A stretch of 63,867 nt of DNA, the filler included, from Asterionella formosa (taxonomy: Eukaryota), in assembly GCA_002256025.1 (NCBI GenBank). It is 11 parts of 11 records of this genome, joined end to end, with 100 filler letters (N's around TTAATTAATTAA, not from the genome) between each part and the next. Parts side by side here need not be neighbours in the genome. Positions count along the whole stretch, not along the records: positions 55,906 to 61,992 come from NKIB01012824.1; positions 62,093 to 63,867 come from NKIB01013030.1; 9 more parts are not named here. One strand, 5' to 3'. The notes beneath the pieces are model-generated. The model did not search any database, had not been told where the DNA came from, and worked only from the letters and a program-made list of their open reading frames with translations. Shown in pieces: positions 59,581 to 63,867 of this stretch. A program made the position numbers and the translations under genes. The stretch's first letter is position 1. Each line of letters begins with the position of its first letter.

Positions 59581-61581
59581 TTACAGCCGCTTTACGATAG
59601 GAGCCGACACCTTCATCTCGCCTTGCCTAGGCTTTGCTTTCTTCAAAGTCTTCCCTTTTCTGGTGTGATTTGATCTCTTGAGCTTTGTAAAATGCATTTC
59701 CAACCCAAGCCAGCTAAGGAACAGGTTGGCTCCTGAAATAATGGCCAAATGACGCATTGTGCTGGTATATGTAGATTTTTCTAGCCCCAAGGCCTCTAAA
59801 ATTTGGGATCCATTCTGCACCAAGCTAAAGGCGCCCATCTTGGGCAGATCGCGAATTCTACCCCATCGACTATGACCCTCCCTCAATTCCATACCCTTGT
59901 ATTCAGCCACACAAAGAGCTTCAATGGCCCATTTGATAGGGGACACTTGCTGCAGTAACTTGACCAACAGTGGCGGGCCATTGGTAGAATCAACTCCAGA
60001 AGGATTGATTATCCCAACAACCATGAAAATGACCATGAGAGGCACTCCAACAGCCATGGCAGAATCTGCCGAATCAGTCCAAGATCCTACGGCGAACCCC
60101 AAAGAAGCCCCGGCCACAGTCATGAGAGAAAAGGCAGCTGTCAAGTCCTTCCAACTTATTCTCAAGCCAGTTGCTAGTTTTAATGTAGTTGTGAACACCA
60201 CACCAAAGAATGTGTCCAAAGGAATCTCAGCAAAAGCCTTGCTAAGAAGATATTCCAACGACGAGTATTGTTCTCTCTCTTGTTCTCTTCCTACTACTGG
60301 TCGTTCTCGACTAAATAGATGAATTGTCTTCATTAAAGCCATCATGGACATGTTGATGACTCCAAAAGATAGTAGTGCTGTTCGGTCTGCAATAGACTTG
60401 ATTAGGGGTACACCACGCTTGACAGACGCAAAAATTTGACCAAATAAGAGAGCATTCCCCACTGAAGCACCGAGACGAAGCAAATTATATTGCGTATTTC
60501 GAATGTTTTGTCGCCACGATCGCTTCAATAACGAAGCAAATCGGCGTAGGATGGGGGCACGAGATGTGGGTGTCGACAACGACGAGGCCGAGTCGATCAC
60601 GGGATTGTATCGAGTCAACTTAGTCTGGGAAAAATTCCTAAAGGCGAGCATTAGCTCATCGATCCTCATTTCGTCTATCCTTCCTTGTTCGGCATCTTCG
60701 GTATCGACTGACACTAAATCAATGAAAAATTCAGCTGGATTGGTTTCTTCCGGACACTCATAGCCCAACCTTTGAAAGTACGACATGGCGTCAGAACGTT
60801 TCCCCACATAGCAAACTCTTCCACTAGGTCCTAACAGAATGAATCTATCCAGCATCCTCCATATGGATGCCCTAGGCTGATGCAGGGAAAGTAGAGCGGG
60901 GATATTTCGTTCCTTGGCCAAGTCCGAAATTAGTCGTACCACTTTATTAGCTTGTGTGCTATCCAATCCAGTGGTTGCTTCATCAGCCAAGAATAATCTT
61001 GGATTTCCCAACATTTCTAGCGCCAGTGAGAGTCGTCTCTGTTCTCCCCCACTCAACCCTCCTCCTTTGGCATCAGACATTAACCGATCACCAATCTTCC
61101 TATCCTGAACCAGCGTCAAACCCAAACTATCCAAAGACTTTTGTACGATAGCGTCTCTCTCAGTTCGCTTCAAGTCTGGGAACTCAAGAAATGAAGCCAG
61201 CTGCAGCGTTTCTTTTGCTGTGAGCATACCGAAGAACACATCTTGTTGATGTAAAAAGGCAACCAAGGAAGGAGACAACAACCGCGAACTGCTTCTGCTA
61301 CTGGCGTCGTCGTTCCACCAAAATTTACCAGACGACTTGAGGTCTCCAAATCGTCTTCCACCTAAAGTACGGAGAAGAGTACTTTTGCCAGACCCACTTG
61401 GACCAATAATACCACAAAGTTCTCCAGTAGCAATAAACCCAGAAAACGCGTGAAGCAATGTCACGTTGGACGACGTCTCTACAGACAAATCTTGCCAATA
61501 AATGCCCGCTGCTGCTGTTTCCACTGATTGGGACGGTAGGAAGTGGGTGATCAGGAACAGACAGACTGCTGGAACCTTCAT
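59581..61581 (-). CDS. ABCG (White-family) half transporter
   Basis: GPSGSGKST, LSGGEQRR, LFLADE.TTGLDS, SLHQPR, CP..TNPAEF, C-terminal ABC2 membrane domain. The likely start is ATG 61581 (MKVPAVCLFL). Confidence 0.93.
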   Translation of the reverse strand: MKVPAVCLFLITHFLPSQSVETAAAGIYWQDLSVETSSNVTLLHAFSGFIATGELCGIIGPSGSGKSTLLRTLGGRRFGDLKSSGKFWWNDDASSRSSSRLLSPSLVAFLHQQDVFFGMLTAKETLQLASFLEFPDLKRTERDAIVQKSLDSLGLTLVQDRKIGDRLMSDAKGGGLSGGEQRRLSLALEMLGNPRLFLADEATTGLDSTQANKVVRLISDLAKERNIPALLSLHQPRASIWRMLDRFILLGPSGRVCYVGKRSDAMSYFQRLGYECPEETNPAEFFIDLVSVDTEDAEQGRIDEMRIDELMLAFRNFSQTKLTRYNPVIDSASSLSTPTSRAPILRRFASLLKRSWRQNIRNTQYNLLRLGASVGNALLFGQIFASVKRGVPLIKSIADRTALLSFGVINMSMMALMKTIHLFSRERPVVGREQEREQYSSLEYLLSKAFAEIPLDTFFGVVFTTTLKLATGLRISWKDLTAAFSLMTVAGASLGFAVGSWTDSADSAMAVGVPLMVIFMVVGIINPSGVDSTNGPPLLVKLLQQVSPIKWAIEALCVAEYKGMELREGHSRWGRIRDLPKMGAFSLVQNGSQILEALGLEKSTYTSTMRHLAIISGANLFLSWLGLEMHFTKLKRSNHTRKGKTLKKAKPRQGEMKVSAPIVKRL

Positions 61582-61717
61582 GTTAGTTGCATCGAAAGAT
61601 CTAAAGTGGATTGGATGTTGGTGTTCATTAGCAGAGGAATATTGCAGCATACCTCTGATAAAGTCTTTCAACGGTGAACATCAACAGTAGGATGTTGGAA
61701 GATACATTTGTCCAATA

Positions 61718-61840
61718 TACCGTAAAACCCGGGGTCTCGTATTCCCCCAGAGTCTTGTACCCCCTTTGTACTTCTGACACACAACACTCCCAAAGATTTT
61801 GTGTGTACTGAAAAAATAACACAACGTAATTCTATTTATT
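61718..61840 (+). mobile_element. pogo/Tc1-mariner-like terminus (TA-CCGTAAAACC), about 140 bp upstream of the ABCG start
   Basis: Similar to 24067-24190. Confidence 0.6.
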
Positions 61841-61992
61841 CACTTTTATTTTCGGAATTTTAGCAGAATTCATGGGAATTCACATGCATTGTCTTCAATC
61901 CTCACGCTTGTACACGCGGGACAAAAGTATAGAGCAGTACGGTAATTTGTACTAGACTAGTAGAAATTGCCTAATAAGAGTAGACAAAGCTA

Positions 61993-62092
61993 NNNNNNNN
62001 NNNNNNNNNNNNNNNNNNNNNNNNNNNNNNNNNNNNTTAATTAATTAANNNNNNNNNNNNNNNNNNNNNNNNNNNNNNNNNNNNNNNNNNNN
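61993..62092. other. Artificial contig linker
   Basis: N44-TTAATTAATTAA-N44. Confidence 0.99.
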
Positions 62093-63333
62093 TGACTGCA
62101 TCCCGAATTGTATACAATTGATGGACTGTCTTACTAATTTGATACGATCCCCGAAAAGGATCACCCAAATCATAACACACCACACCAAGTGCTGAAAAGG
62201 TTCCAATTAACATGGTCCATAAAATCTTGAGTTGAATGGCATTCAAAAAAATTAAAACATCCAAATTGGTTTCCATCAAAAATGCCAAACAAATGCTAAT
62301 AGCAAGTGCTGTCAAGATACCAAAGTGTAATGCGGGGAAGGTTGACTGCAAACTAGAAATTCGCTGTGAACGTTCTGAATTCAGTCTCGTCACTGCAGCA
62401 TAACTCTCAGACACAATAATGGATGGCGTCTCTGACCGTGTCATACCATTCAAGGTGGTTAAGAATCCATTCATTTCTGAATCTCCCGCAACTAAATTTT
62501 GATATTCATTCCCTTGTTGTGATTCAGCAATCAATCGTGATGTGTATTGTAACAGATACGATCGACACTGTCGTTGTGTACTTTTGGGCTCAAAGGAATC
62601 CACCATGCTAGACAAGACTCGCAATTCTCCAGCTTCTGTATTAATTGCAGTTCTAACATCTTGTTGTCGCTGTCGTAAGGTTGTAAATGTATTGGAAAGT
62701 AGTGTAGCAAACAGAATAGTAATGGCAGGCACCACGACTCCATTGATTGCGGGTGCAATCATTTTGGCTTCATAGATCCCCCCATCCACAGCGACCCAAG
62801 TGTTTTGTGCTAAAAAATGAATCGTATCATCCGATACGGCTGCCACTGTTTCGTATGTGAAAAACGCCAAAATGGGAGATAGAATTGGAATATAAAATAA
62901 AAAGGCATCAATGAGTTGTGTCAATCGCAATTCATGTTCTGTCAGAGCGGAGGCAAAGGTCGAATCATCTTCCGATGCGAGCAAGCACGATTCTCCTTCG
63001 CATTGTGGATCAAAGTATGCAGTGGAAGGTCCTTCTAGAGACATGAATGGTTCGGCATGGTTGCTACTGCTGCTGCTGCTACTACTACTTTCGCCATTTG
63101 TTGCACTGACAGTACGTGAAACTAGGCCAAGCGGCTGACACGCCGGAGCGGAACTGCTGCCCCCTCCTAGAGAAAAGGCATGGGAGTTCGGAGGAAGTAA
63201 GAGGATGTAGTACATGCAGCAAAGCACAACTAAACTTGGGCAGTGCCGTGCGCCCCCAAGTGATGACTCTCTATTCGACGACAGGGTCGGCATTGCAGGC
63301 CCGACCAATTTGTCTCGGCTTTGACGGAACATG
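62093..63333 (-). CDS. DUF4239/bestrophin-like membrane protein with probable plastid presequence, 3'-partial
   Basis: SHA-FSL, ITILFATLLSNTFTTLRQRQQDVR.AIN.EA, R.SSLQS.FP.LH, DLGDPFRGSY. The start codon is uncertain. Confidence 0.7.
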
Positions 63334-63867
63334 AGCCTCGCTTGAACGAAAAATGAATCAGAGCCAAACTTGGACAAACACACAGCCGACAACTTCAGAT
63401 TTAACGAGAATTTGAATCCTTCTCTATGGAAACTGCAGATTGCAATGGGTTCTGTGGGAGTTGGTGACTTAAAGCGAATGATGATGACCACTAATGGTCA
63501 AATTGAATGTTGTAATGTATTTCCAAAAGTTTTATTATTTTGTCAGTTAATGTCATTATATCTGAGTGAATGCAGTTATAATACATACCAGTACTCCATA
63601 TATTGACTCAGTAACAGGTTACCATTCAAAAATATACATAGCATATGGTGTATTTTTACGGGACGCGAGCAAAGGATACCGGGGTTGTAGTTTGATGTCT
63701 CTCAATGAAATTGCAGCGGGAACATATGTATACAAACGGCAACGTAGGAAGTCGAATGTTAAAGACTGTAAGCTACCGTTATTTACTCCATATTCCGACT
63801 GAAAATGCTTAATGATTTTGTCGATCTGTTCGAAACCTGATGCATGTACTAAGTGTATGTTGCTACC

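Noticed and set aside
1..63867. Fanzor/TnpB, RT-based defence systems, tRNA or rRNA genes
   Set aside because: I saw no RuvC, YxDD RT, cloverleaf or rRNA motifs by eye. HMM and covariance-model scans would be needed to exclude degenerate cases.

Overview
This is eukaryotic nuclear DNA from a diatom or close stramenopile. The evidence is a fucoxanthin-chlorophyll protein, ASAF-like plastid presequences, CoDi-type copia gag, and short GT-AG introns. The window is not one locus. It is 11 unrelated contigs of about 6.1 kb, sorted by decreasing length and joined by ten artificial 100-nt N44-TTAATTAATTAA-N44 linkers, so adjacency across a linker means nothing. Gene-rich contigs encode a CRAL-TRIO protein, a double-PH protein, an OTU deubiquitinase, Maf, an FCP/LHC, a DnaJ protein, ORC4, a large DENN protein, two bestrophin/DUF4239-like proteins, a divergent Ycf45-like ATPase, an ABCG half-transporter and Pro/Thr-rich surface proteins. 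The other contigs are transposon graveyards: PIF/Harbinger, CoDi copia, a DIRS-like ORF1, a CryptonS tyrosine recombinase and MITEs. Three observations stand out. (1) A 3.85-kb element with 23-bp TIRs and a 2-bp TSD has no recognisable transposase but carries two divergent micro-exon genes. (2) TA-CC(W)GG-TA palindrome arrays are pervasive and look like stacked Tc1/mariner excision footprints; they match the ends of a tandem MITE in the window. (3) An intact Crypton recombinase carries an N-terminal PHD-like zinc finger. All family assignments come from recognising motifs by eye; no searches were run.
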